NCBI GenBank assembly: GCA_040390955.1
Contig: JAZJXK010000011.1
Location: 1 to 33,974, forward strand
Source: Patescibacteria group bacterium
GTDB taxonomy: Bacteria > Patescibacteriota > Minisyncoccia > Phycocordibacterales > Phycocordibacteraceae
Length of the DNA: 33,974 nucleotides
Direction: 5' to 3'
The position numbers were made by a program, and so were the translations under genes. The notes beneath the pieces were generated by a model that worked only from the letters and a program-made list of their open reading frames with translations, ran no database searches and had not been told where the DNA came from. Shown piece after piece: positions 1 to 7,776 of this stretch (the stretch's first letter is position 1; every line of letters starts with the position of its first letter).

Positions 1-1388
1 ATCTGTACAAATAGCACCGCAATAAGCGCTGCCCCAAGTCCTGCTAGCCCGCCAATCCAAAAAGCTGCATGGTAGCCGTTTAAAAGTGCCTCTTGGTATG
101 GTGCACCTCTATTAAGCGCTATTGCAGTTTGCCATGCTGCAACGTTTGCAAGCACTGCAAGACCTAGACTCCCACCCATCATAAACGCAGTATTGAGGAC
201 TCCCGAAGCAAGACCCGCCTCATTTTGCGACACATGCTTCGTACCAGCAAGTAGCACCGGATTAAATGCCATCCCGCACCCAAAGCCGAGAGCAAACATC
301 GCTGGCATAATGTGTACCCATAGGTCGCCGTGTATCGGCGCCAATGCAAAAAGTACGAGCCCTAACGCGATAAATAAGAGTCCTACACTAAGCGGCCACT
401 TAATGCCAAACCTGTGTATGATTTTGGCGGACAACCAAACACTAAAGACCGCCATAATGAGGTTGGCCGGTAAAAACGCAAGCCCTATTTGCAAGGGAGC
501 ATAGCCAAGCACGAGTTGCATATAAAGCGCGGAAAGGAAAAACCAGGTATACATGGCGGCCGACCATAAGATGCCTATAAGCACCACGGGGGTCACGTTG
601 GTGACTTTAAAAATGGAGAGTGGCATGAGTGGTGAGTGTGCGCGCTTCTCGATGTATATAAACAAACTAAGTAGCACGAGCGCACCTCCTATGAGCCCGA
701 GCGTTTGCAACGACAGCCAGCCTGCGTGACTGCCATCAATGATTCCGTACATCGCAAGCATGAGCGCTATGGTGGCCACTACAGCGCCCCATGCATCAAG
801 ATCTTTTGATCCGTGGTCAATCTTATTATGTGGAAGTAACCACAGTGAGAGCACAGACACCACCACACCTATCGGTACGTTGATAAAAAATACCCAGTGC
901 CAGTCAAAGCTCCCTGTTAATAACCCGCCAAGAAAAACTCCTATCGCACCGCCTCCTGCAGCAACAAATCCAAAAAACCCCATTGCACGTGCTCGGTCTG
1001 CATCTGAAGTAAAGAGCATCAGTATCAGCGACAGCGCTACTGCGTTAGTAATAGCTCCGCCAAGTCCCTGCACAACGCGCGCTCCAATAAGCATCCACTC
1101 CGAGTTGGCAAGACCACAAGCAAGCGATGCGAGAGTAAAGACGATGAGTCCAATGAGAAAAACACGTCTATGGCCAAAAAGATCGCCTAGTCTGCCTCCC
1201 AGCAATAAAAAACCAGCAAACGTGACCATATATGCGTTGATCACCCACACTAGTCCGGTGTCGCTAAAACCAAGACTATTTTTAATCGAAGGAAGCGCGA
1301 CATTAACAATAGTGGTGTCGAGCACAATCATTAAGGCTCCAAGACACAAAGTAATAAGTGCGAGCCATCGCTTGTCTGTAAATTTCAT
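1..1388 (-). CDS. MFS transporter, DHA2/EmrB-QacA-like drug:H+ antiporter family. The C-terminal part runs off the window start.
   Basis: I translated the minus strand by hand from the ATG at 1388-1386. It reads MKFTDKRWLALITLCLGALMIVLDTTIVNVALPSIKNSLGFSDTGLVWVINAYMVTFAGFLLLGGRLGDLFGHRRVF..., with an MFS motif-A-like GRLGDLFGHRR and continuous hydrophobic helices to position 1. It is absent from the ORF track because no stop lies in the window. The plus-strand ORFs 193..504 and 739..1455 are its antisense shadows. Confidence 0.85.
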   Translation of the reverse strand, partial: MKFTDKRWLALITLCLGALMIVLDTTIVNVALPSIKNSLGFSDTGLVWVINAYMVTFAGFLLLGGRLGDLFGHRRVFLIGLIVFTLASLACGLANSEWMLIGARVVQGLGGAITNAVALSLILMLFTSDADRARAMGFFGFVAAGGGAIGVFLGGLLTGSFDWHWVFFINVPIGVVVSVLSLWLLPHNKIDHGSKDLDAWGAVVATIALMLAMYGIIDGSHAGWLSLQTLGLIGGALVLLSLFIYIEKRAHSPLMPLSIFKVTNVTPVVLIGILWSAAMYTWFFLSALYMQLVLGYAPLQIGLAFLPANLIMAVFSVWLSAKIIHRFGIKWPLSVGLLFIALGLVLFALAPIHGDLWVHIMPAMFALGFGCGMAFNPVLLAGTKHVSQNEAGLASGVLNTAFMMGGSLGLAVLANVAAWQTAIALNRGAPYQEALLNGYHAAFWIGGLAGLGAALIAVLFVQ

Positions 1389-1477
1389 AACAAAAGTATA
1401 TCAAATGTGGCTCTCTCGGAGGATAATCGTTGACCTCACTCTGAATTTTAAGTAAGGCGATAATAAATAGAATTTTT

Positions 1478-1828
1478 TTAAAGTTTTATAATGCCAGACT
1501 CAATTTCAGTGTGACAGTTTTTACACACCAAAACGCATTTCTCCGCTTCTTGAAGAATACTTGCCCATGAATACGATAAACCTTTAACACTTAAGGCAAA
1601 TGATTTTGTTTTACGATCTAAATGATGAAAATCTAATGCTCCTGCATATTTTTTATATCCGCACACAATACATTTCCCGCCGAATTCTTTAACTAATTTT
1701 TCTTTTTTTCGACGTCTATTTTGTATTACCCATTGAGACGCACATTTACCGCATCGAAAAGCTCCATCAGGACGTGGAAAATGTTTTGTTTGTCCGTGCT
1801 TAGCGCAAACCTTTATCATTGAGAGCAT
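1478..1828 (-). CDS. Small free-standing HNH endonuclease with an N-terminal Cys/His zinc-ribbon-like segment
   Basis: 116 aa. The sequence CAKHG...CGKC is followed by CIVCGY...LDFHHLD...K...CKNCH, which is an HNH/beta-beta-alpha-Me signature. The ATG start is at 1828. It is transcribed divergently from the intron-containing tRNA 82 bp away. Confidence 0.8.
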   Translation of the reverse strand: MLSMIKVCAKHGQTKHFPRPDGAFRCGKCASQWVIQNRRRKKEKLVKEFGGKCIVCGYKKYAGALDFHHLDRKTKSFALSVKGLSYSWASILQEAEKCVLVCKNCHTEIESGIIKL

Positions 1829-1910
1829 TATAACACTTAGTGTTATGTTTGCTGAATTAGCAAGTCAGGGTATATAATAATCACCAATCAACTCTGTTGA
1901 TTGTATATAT

Positions 1911-2201
1911 TCCGCGGTAGCTCAATGGTAGAGCAGCTCCCTGTCGAAGGCAGCTTTCTGGAGGAATCCAGATTGACAAACGAGGTGAATTCGGGGAAAC
2001 CCTAATCCTGTAAAAGGATGGGCAATCCCGAGCCAAGCTCTAACGAGTTGTTAGAGAAGGTGTAGAGACTATCCCGAAAGGGAGTAGACCGAAAGGTCGA
2101 AGCGCCTCGCATCCAGATCGGATGATGATATAGTCCACGCCCTTCGTAATAAGGGATCACGTGTAAGGAGTTGGTTGTAGGTTCGAGTCCTACCCGCGGA
2201 G
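1911..2201 (+). tRNA. tRNA-Asn(GUU) interrupted in the anticodon loop by a group I intron. Exon 1 is 1911-1944 and exon 2 is 2164-2201.
   Basis: The joined exons give a 72-nt cloverleaf.
- Acceptor stem: TCCGCGG/CCGCGGA
- D arm: GCTC-AATGGTA-GAGC
- Anticodon stem: GCTCC/GGAGT
- Anticodon loop: CTGT|TAA (anticodon GTT)
- Variable loop: TGGTT
- T arm: GTAGG-TTCGAGT-CCTAC
- Discriminator: G

The U1-A72 pair, G73 and overall sequence closely resemble Bacillus and E. coli tRNA-Asn as I remember them. CCA is not encoded. Confidence 0.85.
1945..2163 (+). ncRNA. Group I self-splicing intron, IC3-like, 219 nt, with no internal ORF
   Basis: Splice sites: the 5' exon ends in U (1944), which pairs as a U-G wobble with G1950 in a P1 helix (CUGU 1941-1944 / GCAG 1950-1953). 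The intron ends in G (2163).

Helices that are directly complementary:
- 1957-1962/1967-1972, with a GGAA loop
- 1991-1996/2026-2031
- 2000-2008/2016-2022
- 2038-2044/2050-2056
- tentative P3: 1981-1987/2103-2109
- tentative P7: 2067-2072/2130-2135
- GAAA-capped hairpins at 2073-2082 and 2087-2098

Core strings match the Azoarcus tRNA-Ile intron as I recall it:
- GAAGGUGUAGAGACUA (2056-2071)
- GGCAAUCCCGAGCCAAGCU (2021-2039)
- AAUUCGGGGAAACCCUAA (1988-2005). Confidence 0.85.
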
Positions 2202-2209
2202 CATCTAAG

Positions 2210-2247
2210 GAAAATACATCGCCCTATATAGGGCGTTTTGTATTTTC
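2210..2247. terminator. Bidirectional hairpin terminator between the tRNA (+) and the aldolase gene (-)
   Basis: The core stem is CGCCC(2220-2224)/GGGCG(2231-2235). An outer stem is GAAAATACA(2210-2218)/TGTATTTTC(2239-2247). T-runs follow on the plus strand. Confidence 0.6.
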
Positions 2248-2309
2248 TTAGACTGCGACCGCGGGCAACCTTTGTGCAAGTAACAAAGGTTATAAGCGGA
2301 GCCCAGATA

Positions 2310-3323
2310 CTACTCCCCGCTGTACGTACCAAGCGTCGCGAGGCTATTCATCTTTGCACGCTTGATGAAGGCATCTTGTGCAGCTTTTACATTCTCAGAC
2401 TTACCATTCCAAAGTTTCAATGCGGATGCTTGGAGAGCGCGGCCATATGAGAACGAAAGTTTCCAGCGGTATGCACCAAGCTTATTCATCGCGTTCAAGT
2501 TTTCTGTTGCCTCAACTTCACTCTGACCTCCTGAAAGAAATACAGCGCCAGGCAAATTGCTTGGCAAGACTTTCTTAAAGAGTTCTGTCGTCGCTTTTGC
2601 AACTTCCTCGGGTGACGCCTTCACACCACTCTCCTTTCCTGGAACAACCATGTTTGGTTTTAAGATTATGCCTTCAATCGCTACACCGGCATTCTTGAGT
2701 TCTTCAAACACTGCGGTGAGAGTACGCTCCGTCACTGACCTACACACCTCTTGCGAGTTAGACCAATCCATCAAGACCTCTGGTTCAACAATCGGCACAA
2801 TCCCCGCCTCTTGGCACATGAGTGCGTATGACGCGAGCTCTTTTGCATTTGCACGTATCGCAGCATCTGTGGGAATTCCTTCACCAATCGTTATAACTGC
2901 GCGCCACTTTGCAAAACGAGCACCGAGCTTTGCATACTCCGAGAGCCTCGCAGGTAATCCCTCAAGACCTTTCGTATGCGTTTCAAGAGTGTCGCCAATC
3001 TTCTCAGGACCTTCATCTACTTTAATGCCAGGAATAACACCGCTGTCTTCAAGCACTTTCACGAGGGTGCGCCCATCTGCTGCGCTTTGGCGAATAGTTT
3101 CATCAAAAAGAATGACGCCTGAAATATAATCTCCAATTCCTGGTGCAGTAAAGAGAAGTTCGCGGTACGCACGACGATTTTCTTCCGTGACAGGAATACC
3201 AAGTTTTTCAAACTTTTTATTTATATTGCCAAAGCTTTCATCTGCAGCAAGAATGCCTTTACCTGGAGTAACCATTGCGATAGCGGTTTCTTTTAACTTC
3301 TGGAGTGTTTCGTTTGAAATCAT
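2310..3323 (-). CDS. fba: Class I fructose-bisphosphate aldolase (eukaryote-type Glycolytic family)
   Basis: 337 aa. It has the N-terminal GKGILAADES motif and full-length class I aldolase-like sequence. It lies directly downstream of glpX on the same strand. Confidence 0.85.
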   Translation of the reverse strand: MISNETLQKLKETAIAMVTPGKGILAADESFGNINKKFEKLGIPVTEENRRAYRELLFTAPGIGDYISGVILFDETIRQSAADGRTLVKVLEDSGVIPGIKVDEGPEKIGDTLETHTKGLEGLPARLSEYAKLGARFAKWRAVITIGEGIPTDAAIRANAKELASYALMCQEAGIVPIVEPEVLMDWSNSQEVCRSVTERTLTAVFEELKNAGVAIEGIILKPNMVVPGKESGVKASPEEVAKATTELFKKVLPSNLPGAVFLSGGQSEVEATENLNAMNKLGAYRWKLSFSYGRALQASALKLWNGKSENVKAAQDAFIKRAKMNSLATLGTYSGE

Positions 3324-3347
3324 AAATGTAGAAAAATAAAAAAATGT

Positions 3348-4310
3348 TTAATTTGAATAAAACTTCCCGCGAGGATCACGCCTATGATGCGTCGTGATGT
3401 ATCGCACCGTGCCTGATGCTCCACGGATAACAATGGAATGCGTTACTGCCCCACTTTCAGTGAAGCGGACTCCCTGAAGCAGAGGGCCATCAATCACGCC
3501 AGTTGCGGTAAACATAAATTCATTACCTTTCACCAGATCTTTCGTGGAGTAAATTTTCTTTTCATTGAGACCATGTTTTTTAACCAACTTCGACTGATGT
3601 TCATCTTTTGATTTAAATCTGCAGAAAAGTTCTCCTCCAAGCGCCTTCACTGCAGCTGCAGCAAGTACGGCCTCAGCTGAAGCGCCAATACCCATAAGAA
3701 GATCAATACCAGAGTCCGGCATCGACGGAGCAATAGCACCTGCAACGTCGCCGTCAGTAATGAGACGCACACGTGCACCCGCGACTCGTATTTCTTTAAT
3801 GAGGTCTTTGTGACGCTCACGGTCAAGTACCACCACGGTAATATCGCCAACTTTTTTGCCGAGCGCTTTGGCAACTTTTTTAATGTTTGCGGCAACGGTT
3901 GCATCTAAATCAATTGCCTTCGCAGCCTTTGGCCCTGCAGCAATTTTTTCCATGTAGGTATCAGGTGCAGAAAGCAAACTGCCGTGAGAGCCCGCAACAA
4001 TGACAGAGAGCGCGTTGTATCTACCGTACGCAACGCTGTCAGTGCATTCAAGAGGATCAACAGCAATATCAAGTGCTGGTCTACCTCCCTTACCTAATTT
4101 TTCACCCACATACAGTTCCGGCGCTTCATCTTTAGCGCCTTCGCCTATAACGACGTGACCAGTAAATTCAACAGCATTGAAGTTGCTTCGCATTGCATCA
4201 ACTGCAGCGCCATCGGCTTTCAATTTATCTCCCTTACCTATCCACCCCGCAGCTGCAACTGCAGCAGCTTCAGTGACGCGCACAAATTCAAGAGCTAGGT
4301 TTCTGTCCAT
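3348..4310 (-). CDS. glpX: Class II fructose-1,6-bisphosphatase (GlpX type)
   Basis: 320 aa. The N-terminus LALEFVRVTEAAAVAAAGWIGKGDKLKADGAAVDAMR is typical of GlpX. The start is ATG. Confidence 0.85.
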   Translation of the reverse strand: MDRNLALEFVRVTEAAAVAAAGWIGKGDKLKADGAAVDAMRSNFNAVEFTGHVVIGEGAKDEAPELYVGEKLGKGGRPALDIAVDPLECTDSVAYGRYNALSVIVAGSHGSLLSAPDTYMEKIAAGPKAAKAIDLDATVAANIKKVAKALGKKVGDITVVVLDRERHKDLIKEIRVAGARVRLITDGDVAGAIAPSMPDSGIDLLMGIGASAEAVLAAAAVKALGGELFCRFKSKDEHQSKLVKKHGLNEKKIYSTKDLVKGNEFMFTATGVIDGPLLQGVRFTESGAVTHSIVIRGASGTVRYITTHHRRDPRGKFYSN

Positions 4311-4320
4311 GTGAAGTAGG

Positions 4321-4348
4321 GGTTAGTGTGTAGCGTTTAGTGTTTAGA
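4321..4348. repeat. Degenerate heptanucleotide tandem array (GNTTAGN x4)
   Basis: The array is GGTTAGT GTGTAGC GTTTAGT GTTTAGA, immediately upstream of the glpX start. It shares 22/25 identity with 27309-27333. Confidence 0.6.
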
Positions 4349-4388
4349 GTAAAAATGAAAACGGGACACGGCAATAATACCATTCTGA

Positions 4389-5633
4389 CTACTGCGAAGT
4401 AACTACCCTATGCTTCCCGAAGACAAACAAAGCAGCCCATGAAGCAAGTGCAAGGAGCATACCTATAACAAATGGCAACTGAAGGCCGAAAAACCCTGCT
4501 CCAAGCCCTGCAGCAAGCGGTGCAACTCCCTGTGCAAGAGCGCTCAGCGAGCCGCTAATCCCAAGCGCTGCGCCCTGTTTATCTGCCGACACACTCTTGC
4601 TCACGAGAGCAAGGAAGTTCGCATTAGAAAGGCCGACCCCAAGAGCCACCAGCGGAATTGCGGTGTACAAGAAAGGCACGTTCGGCGCGAATCCTTCCAT
4701 GAATATTCCTACTGCAAGCATGAGAACTGAGACGCTCAGAATTTTTTGCTCAGTAAATGCACGAGTAACGATACGTAAAATAAACGCTTGCGTCACGATG
4801 ACCCATACACCAACAATACCAAAGAATGTACCAACGGCTCCTGCTGAAAAATTGAAACGTGTTACCAATAAAATTCCAATGAAGGAGGTGAAGAATCCAA
4901 ACCCTAACTGAAAAAGAAACGTTGCGCCGTATACACCTCGAGCATCTTTATCGCGGATAGCAGACTCGATATTCCTTATTCCTTTAAGAAAATGAAAATT
5001 ATGCGCCTCTTTGGATGTTGCTCTCGTTTCAGGCATGAAGAGCGTTATGGATATGAGGTTGAGTACCCCCAAAGCTCCCGCAAGCCAAAACGGCGCTGAA
5101 GCAACTCCGGTGAGGTGGAGCATCCACCCACCCAGCAAGGGTCCTACAATAAATCCAAGACCAAACGCGACCCCAATAAGACCAAAATTCTTCGCGCGGT
5201 CTTTCGGCTCGGTAACATCAGCAACGGTTGCCTGTGCAATTGAAAAATTTGCAGCAGCTAAACCTGCAATAGCACGACTTAGAAACAAAAGTGGAATGGA
5301 CGCGATAACAATGGCAAATCCAAAAATAAGTTGCGCGATGGCAAGCACACCAACACCAATGGTGAGAAGTTTTTTTCTACCATACACGTCAGAAAGTTCT
5401 CCCAAAATTGGAGCTGCAATAAATTGCATGAGGCCAAACACACCAGTCAAGAGCCCCGCAATGAGGTACTGCATGCCTGTTGACGTGCCGTGGAGCAGAA
5501 ACGAAGGCGACGAAGGGTCGGTAAGAAGAATTGGAATAATCGGGAATATCATTCCCGTCCCTATCATGTCGAGAAAGAGTGTAATGAAAAGAATCGGGAG
5601 AACGCGCTTTGTTTTTGAATTAGAAGTAGACAT
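4389..5633 (-). CDS. MFS transporter (DHA1/tetracycline-efflux-like, 12 TMS)
   Basis: The track ORF 4389..5672 opens with TTG. The first ATG (MSTSNSKTKR...) is at 5633, and the protein is hydrophobic throughout. It carries the motif GELSDVYGRKK (MFS motif A). Confidence 0.8.
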   Translation of the reverse strand: MSTSNSKTKRVLPILFITLFLDMIGTGMIFPIIPILLTDPSSPSFLLHGTSTGMQYLIAGLLTGVFGLMQFIAAPILGELSDVYGRKKLLTIGVGVLAIAQLIFGFAIVIASIPLLFLSRAIAGLAAANFSIAQATVADVTEPKDRAKNFGLIGVAFGLGFIVGPLLGGWMLHLTGVASAPFWLAGALGVLNLISITLFMPETRATSKEAHNFHFLKGIRNIESAIRDKDARGVYGATFLFQLGFGFFTSFIGILLVTRFNFSAGAVGTFFGIVGVWVIVTQAFILRIVTRAFTEQKILSVSVLMLAVGIFMEGFAPNVPFLYTAIPLVALGVGLSNANFLALVSKSVSADKQGAALGISGSLSALAQGVAPLAAGLGAGFFGLQLPFVIGMLLALASWAALFVFGKHRVVTSQ

Positions 5634-5965
5634 TTTGAACTCGTCTTTAAAATAACCGTTTATAAATAACAATCTTTCATCTCACTTGAATACCCAAACA
5701 TCAAAATTTCGGTAAAAAATAGAGTTTCGTCGGTCATTGTAATGAAATTACAACTCCTTCCTCATCCTCTGTTTTTTCCTTCGAAATTTGGATGTCTGTA
5801 TCATTCATTATTTGAAAGGCGAGCTCTACAAGTATAGCAAATGACCATTTATACTGTGGATATGTTCGCCCCGTCACTAGAATTTGGCATTACGGCGTTT
5901 CGACGTGTGTATAAAACTAACAATAGAGTTTAATTACATACAGTGAAAAAGATAAAAAAGAATCT

Positions 5966-6631
5966 ATGCGCCGCAAAATAAAAACAATGCCAAATTTCAG
6001 TGCGGGGTTTGGACTCACCGCACGAGAACTTAAAATTCTCAAAAAACTTTCAACACCTCGTAAGATTCAGGATTTCTTAGACACACTTCCTATCAACTAC
6101 GAAAAGAGGGGTGAGACACACATGTCGCCGAGGCGCGTGCTTCACGAAAGACGGGCGCATTGCATTGAAGGCGCACTCTTGGCAGCTGCGGCACTGTGGA
6201 TTCATGGCGAGGAACCTCTCCTTCTTGACCTTACTGCCGCACCTGAAGACGACGATCATGTGGTTGCACTTTTCAAACAAAATGGATACTGGGGTGCTAT
6301 CTCGAAAACCAATCACGCGGTATTGCGGTTTCGAGATCCTATATACAAAACAGTGCGCGAACTCGCTCTCTCATACTTCCATGAATGGTTTCTCGATGAG
6401 AGCGGCGCAAAAATGCTTCGAAGTTATTCAAAACCTCTCAATTTGAAACGACTTGGCACAGGGTGGATTACTGCCGAGGAAGATCTGTGGCACCTCGATG
6501 AAGCGCTCGATTCACTTCCCCACTATGCACTCGTGCCAAAAGAAAATAAAAAACACCTGCGCCCTGCAAGCAAGGTAGAGAGAAAGGCCGGCAGTCTGCG
6601 TGAATGGAGCAAAAAAAACCCTCGCACGTAA
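5966..6631 (+). CDS. Uncharacterised protein with a transglutaminase/papain-like Cys-His arrangement
   Basis: 221 aa. RRAHCIEGALLAAAAL is followed about 40 aa later by DDDHVVALF and then GYWGAISKTN. This resembles the Cys, His, Asp/Asn order of transglutaminase-like cysteine peptidase folds. The assignment is tentative. Confidence 0.6.
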   Translation: MRRKIKTMPNFSAGFGLTARELKILKKLSTPRKIQDFLDTLPINYEKRGETHMSPRRVLHERRAHCIEGALLAAAALWIHGEEPLLLDLTAAPEDDDHVVALFKQNGYWGAISKTNHAVLRFRDPIYKTVRELALSYFHEWFLDESGAKMLRSYSKPLNLKRLGTGWITAEEDLWHLDEALDSLPHYALVPKENKKHLRPASKVERKAGSLREWSKKNPRT

Positions 6632-6663
6632 AAACAATAAACATGTAGAGATGCGTTTTGGAA

Positions 6664-7446
6664 ATGTCAGCTATTCTCAAATGTTATAATTTTAAGAACA
6701 TGAAAAGCCTCACGCGCACGCGTTACACCGTACAGAGCCGTGACCTCACCCTTGATAACGAAGAAAAACGCTACACCCTCAAAGTACGAGACATGCCCGC
6801 GGAAAACAAACCGCGCGAACGCCTCCTTGCTGAAGGCTCATCGAACCTTTCAACACAAGAACTCTTAGCGATTATTCTCGGCACCGGCACGAAAAAAGAA
6901 GAAGTGATGGCAATGTCGAGTCGCATCATGAAAGAGTATGGCGAGAAGTCCCTCATGAGTCAGAAAAATCCCCTGGAGCTTGCAGAAAATCTTGATATTC
7001 CACTCGGGAAAGCACTGCAAATAGTCGCGTGTGCTGAGCTTGGCAGACGCTTCTTTTCAAAAAACGACCATACTGCTCCCACCATTCGCACACCTCGCGA
7101 AGTATTTGAATACGTAGCTGATATGCGTAACCTTCCTAAAGAACATCTTCGGGGAATTTATTTAAATACACACTACAAAGTCATCCACGACGAGGTCATA
7201 TCAATAGGCACACTTGATGCCAATATCGTGCATCCACGTGACGTGTTTCGTCCCGCTCTTGAACATGCTGCAGCTGCCATTATTCTTGTCCATAATCACC
7301 CTTCAAACACCCCCACAGAAAGCGAAGCGGATGTGCTAGTAACTGAGCAAATAATTAAGGCAGGGGCACTGCTTGGTATTGATCTTATTGACCACATAAT
7401 TATCACCAAAGAAAGTTTTAAAAGCGTACCAGCTACGTATCGCTAA
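6664..7446 (+). CDS. radC: RadC-family JAB/MPN-domain protein
   Basis: It has an HhH-like segment (ELLAIILGTGTKKEEV) and the JAMM motif HNHPSNTPTESEAD. The track ORF starts at TTG 6658. The ATG candidates are 6664 and 6700, so the start is uncertain. Confidence 0.8.
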   Translation: MSAILKCYNFKNMKSLTRTRYTVQSRDLTLDNEEKRYTLKVRDMPAENKPRERLLAEGSSNLSTQELLAIILGTGTKKEEVMAMSSRIMKEYGEKSLMSQKNPLELAENLDIPLGKALQIVACAELGRRFFSKNDHTAPTIRTPREVFEYVADMRNLPKEHLRGIYLNTHYKVIHDEVISIGTLDANIVHPRDVFRPALEHAAAAIILVHNHPSNTPTESEADVLVTEQIIKAGALLGIDLIDHIIITKESFKSVPATYR

Positions 7447-7447
7447 G

Positions 7448-7735
7448 ATGTATACTAATGCAATGGACGAATTTCAACTTCCTACAATTCAATCAAATGT
7501 CTTAATTTTGCAAGATGCGGCTGGAAATCCGCGTGAATTTATTTTTCACGTAGAAAATGGCGATTACTTTGCGATGCTTGCAACCCTTCTTGGTTTTGTT
7601 GAAGAGGCAGCAAATAAACTCGAAGCTGAAGATGAGGCAATGAAAATAGCCGCGAGTGAAATTGCACGCCTTCGAGAAAACTTGATATTCCTCCAAGCAA
7701 ACTACAAAATAGAACCGAAAGAGAAATCTCAGTAA
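7448..7735 (+). CDS. Hypothetical acidic 95-aa protein, translationally coupled to radC
   Basis: Its ATG lies 1 nt after the radC stop (TAAGATG). The composition is protein-like with a helical C-terminus. I recognise no motif. Confidence 0.6.
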   Translation: MYTNAMDEFQLPTIQSNVLILQDAAGNPREFIFHVENGDYFAMLATLLGFVEEAANKLEAEDEAMKIAASEIARLRENLIFLQANYKIEPKEKSQ

Positions 7736-7776
7736 ATAGAAGCCTATTTCTTTGAAGATTTGGAAAAGTATCGAGG

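Noticed and set aside
193-1455. Plus-strand ORFs 193..504 and 739..1455
   Set aside because: Their composition is Pro/Ser/Ala/Thr-rich and low in complexity. They lie exactly antisense to a well-formed minus-strand MFS transporter frame that stays open to the window edge, so they are shadow ORFs.
1941-2166. Alternative reading of the split tRNA as tRNA-Asp(GUC), using CTGTC as the 5' loop half
   Set aside because: The intron would then end in U instead of the obligatory G, and the 5' exon would end in C instead of U. The U1-A72 pair and overall body also match tRNA-Asn, not tRNA-Asp.
2069-2450. ORFs 2069..2332 (-) and 2238..2450 (+)
   Set aside because: They overlap the group I intron, the tRNA 3' exon, the terminator or the 3' end of the aldolase gene. 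They have implausible composition, and the RNA features explain the sequence better.
2557-5655. Long antisense ORFs inside fba, glpX and the MFS gene (2557..3129, 3647..3904, 4597..4911, 5011..5655)
   Set aside because: Each is fully embedded opposite a gene with clear family motifs. Their sequences are low in complexity and carry no recognisable motifs.
6077-6680. ORFs 6077..6316 (-), 6111..6446 (+) and 6468..6680 (-) overlapping the transglutaminase-like gene
   Set aside because: They are alternative-frame or antisense ORFs that are shorter than, and embedded in, the 221-aa ORF. None has a supporting signal.
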